Assembly: GCA_049472355.1 (NCBI GenBank)
Contig: JBLIRP010000042.1
Coordinates: 1 to 32,846 of the forward strand
Origin: a bacterium
Lineage (GTDB): Bacteria > SZUA-182 > DTGQ01 > JAFGSM01
Reading direction: 5' to 3'
Length of the DNA stretch: 32,846 bases
The notes under the pieces are model-generated. The model saw nothing but the letters and a program-made list of their open reading frames with translations, did no database searches and was not told the origin of the DNA. Made by a program: the position numbers and the translations under genes. Shown piece after piece: positions 30,940 through 32,846 of the stretch; the first letter of the stretch is position 1; each line of letters starts with the position of its first letter.

Positions 30940-31110
30940 TCAGTGGCTATGGCTATGTTCATGGTGGGTATCCTGCTGCCCGTTTCCTCCGTATGTAACC
31001 CAGCTTCGAATGAGACCGAAGGCGACAAACAGAATGGACAAAACTACCATGAGGGCGACAAACAGAATTGAAATGAAAAACGGGTTAGAAAAAATGCCAT
31101 GCACAAGCAC
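30940..31110 (-). CDS. Possible small single-pass membrane protein with a His-rich tail
   Basis: Hydrophobic FFISILFVALMVVLSILFVAFGLI then THHEHSHSH*; start codon uncertain. Confidence 0.4.
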   Translation of the reverse strand: MLVHGIFSNPFFISILFVALMVVLSILFVAFGLIRSWVTYGGNGQQDTHHEHSHSH

Positions 31111-31249
31111 ATATATAATCAATGATAATACACAATCAATGAGTATAAAAGGGGCATGTGCGGGACATTGCCGAGAGGCCCTGCCCCGCCATGCCCCGTC
31201 CGCGATCGAGGAAAACCGTGTCCATACACCGTCATCGGAAAACCCTGTA

Positions 31250-32137
31250 TCAAAAGGCGGGGGATTGGGTCGTTTCAAAAGGGACTTGGAAGAAACAACC
31301 ACCGCAGGTTTGAATTGTTGATACACAACTTAAAGTCCCGCCACATGTTCCAGAGGTGGGAGTCCGGCACCTGAGGATGTTACATGTATCCTTGGTGTTC
31401 TCGCAATTGAACATAGTTTCGGAGCATCCGATACAGGTCGACTGAGTCTCACCAATGATAATCCTGCAGTCAAGCATCGTATCCTTGGGCATCGTACAGG
31501 AAACACCGCAGGTCTTCACGGTAGATCCACATCCCCACAATGAACCGCAGGTGGTGTTCGTGGTATCCATCATAGTGCCGCACCCGCCGAACAGACCGCT
31601 ACAGGTGGTCGAGGTACGGCCGCAGCTTCCCAACATACTGCCGCATGTCATGGAGGTTCCGACGCCGCAGCTTCCGTACTGGCTGCCGGCGCAGGTGCTG
31701 ATGGTCGTGCCCTGTCCGGTCCAACCGCCGGAGCCTGCGGTGCCGCAGTACGAAAACGTGGCCCCGCAATTCCACGAACAGGTGGACATGGTCTGACACC
31801 AGCCCCCGCAGGTCATGAGGGTGGTAAGTTTTGTGCCTTGCCCGCCAAATGAACTCCGGGGGAAAATTACGTCACCAACGAATGCCACCGACGGAAAGAT
31901 GACATCCCCCGGCGCAGACAGCCCGTAAGACATCGCGGGAAACATTACATCGCCGGCAAAAATATTTCTCTCGATAGCCGACAGGCCGCTCGGTGTGGAA
32001 TACCCCGCTTGCGCATATGCGGGTGGGGGCGTCGAAACACGCCTTTCCATGGCGAGGTTCATAAGGAATAATCCCCCAACGTACCCGATCACCATGCATA
32101 TTGCCCACAAACCCTTTTTACTGAAGGGCCTCATCAT
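31250..32137 (-). CDS. Exported Cys/Thr/Gly-rich repeat protein (295 aa)
   Basis: AAGGAGGTGA RBS; hydrophobic N-terminus and a candidate AYA|Q cleavage site; three GDV(M/I)FP motifs; 25 Cys in the last roughly 190 aa with a recurring TxxTC. Confidence 0.85.
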   Translation of the reverse strand: MMRPFSKKGLWAICMVIGYVGGLFLMNLAMERRVSTPPPAYAQAGYSTPSGLSAIERNIFAGDVMFPAMSYGLSAPGDVIFPSVAFVGDVIFPRSSFGGQGTKLTTLMTCGGWCQTMSTCSWNCGATFSYCGTAGSGGWTGQGTTISTCAGSQYGSCGVGTSMTCGSMLGSCGRTSTTCSGLFGGCGTMMDTTNTTCGSLWGCGSTVKTCGVSCTMPKDTMLDCRIIIGETQSTCIGCSETMFNCENTKDTCNILRCRTPTSGTCGGTLSCVSTIQTCGGCFFQVPFETTQSPAF

Positions 32138-32630
32138 GATTCACCTCCTTTTGTCGAAATGATGATGAAGAAAAATCACCATGGGTAACTGCCAATATCC
32201 TGAAGGAAAGCGGAGCCGCCCTTCCCTTCTTGTATCCCTCATAATACCCCATCTGAAAAAATATATTGAGCAGTTACTCCTATTGGGTCCAATCGCACCC
32301 GTATATACCAATAGACGAAAAAGATGGCGTTTTTTCTCGATATATCCCACAGCCATATCAACTTCTTCCTTTTGTGTAAAAATATCACCCATCATATTGA
32401 AAATTATATTCTCATTCCTCATGGCAGCCCGCGGGTGCATGAGGGTTTGAAAACTCCTTTCATTTCATTCCGATTATCTGTAAAATTAAAATGGCACATC
32501 GGAATCGTACAACAGCGAAGACATACCGCCATGAATAATCGATTCCTCAGAGGCTAAAGAGGGAGTGCGAAGATCGCACAACCCTGCTCCGGCGCGCTGT
32601 CACCCAACACAAGCACATTCAAATCACACG

Positions 32631-32846
32631 ATGAGCAAGGATCTGAAAAGACTGATCGAGGTTGCACGAGGTCTGTATCCCCCCGCACTGGTGCTAAAAA
32701 ACGGGAAGGTGGTGAATACCTTCTCATGCGAGGTCGAGCCATTGGATGTGGCCATTCACGACGGCATGGTTGTGGGTGTGGGACACTACGACGGTCCAAA
32801 TGTGGTTGACGTTGCCGGGGATTATCTCATCCCCGGTTTCATCGAT
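32631..32846 (+). CDS. ade: Adenine deaminase, N-terminal part (runs off the window)
   Basis: Manual translation: MSKDLKRLIEVARGLYPPALVLKNGKVVNTFSCEVEPLDVAIHDGMVVGVGHYDGPNVVDVAGDYLIPGFID. Confidence 0.88.
   Translation, partial: MSKDLKRLIEVARGLYPPALVLKNGKVVNTFSCEVEPLDVAIHDGMVVGVGHYDGPNVVDVAGDYLIPGFID

Noticed and set aside
31250..32137. Cys-rich protein as a multiheme cytochrome or polyferredoxin
   Set aside because: No CxxCH and no CxxCxxCxxxC motifs.
32141..32450. Overlapping 99-aa and 89-aa ORFs upstream of the Cys-rich gene
   Set aside because: They lie in the AT-rich divergent promoter region and show no family features; a small real gene cannot be fully excluded.

Overview
Bacterial chromosomal window, probably from an anaerobe. 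Housekeeping genes sit at the edges: a 5'-truncated K+-dependent membrane pyrophosphatase (hppA), murJ, and the start of adenine deaminase (ade). Between them is an accessory region of exported proteins and two regulators. The regulators are a Crp/Fnr (HcpR-like) protein with an FNR-type box at class II spacing, and a MalT-like STAND/wHTH-BTAD activator with candidate 11-bp-spaced direct repeats downstream. The exported proteins include a 3501-aa multidomain surface protein, a 975-aa FN3/Cys-repeat/TSP3 protein with an 816-bp tandem unit, a coiled-coil/CARDB-like protein, three smaller proteins rich in aromatic low-complexity sequence, and a Cys/Thr-rich protein built on a TxxTC motif. Two signals are not explained by the domain calls. 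First, an acid-poor Tyr/Phe/Trp-Ser/Gly/Pro/Asn-rich, prion-like module is attached to several unrelated exported proteins. Second, the tripeptide DPN/DAN is strongly over-represented in exported proteins. The intergenic DNA holds remnants missed by the ORF track: IS91-like transposase, frdX-like ferredoxin, VWA and rtcB fragments, a 133-bp MITE with target duplication, and IS200/IS605-like hairpins. All family calls are from motif recognition by eye; no database searches were run.
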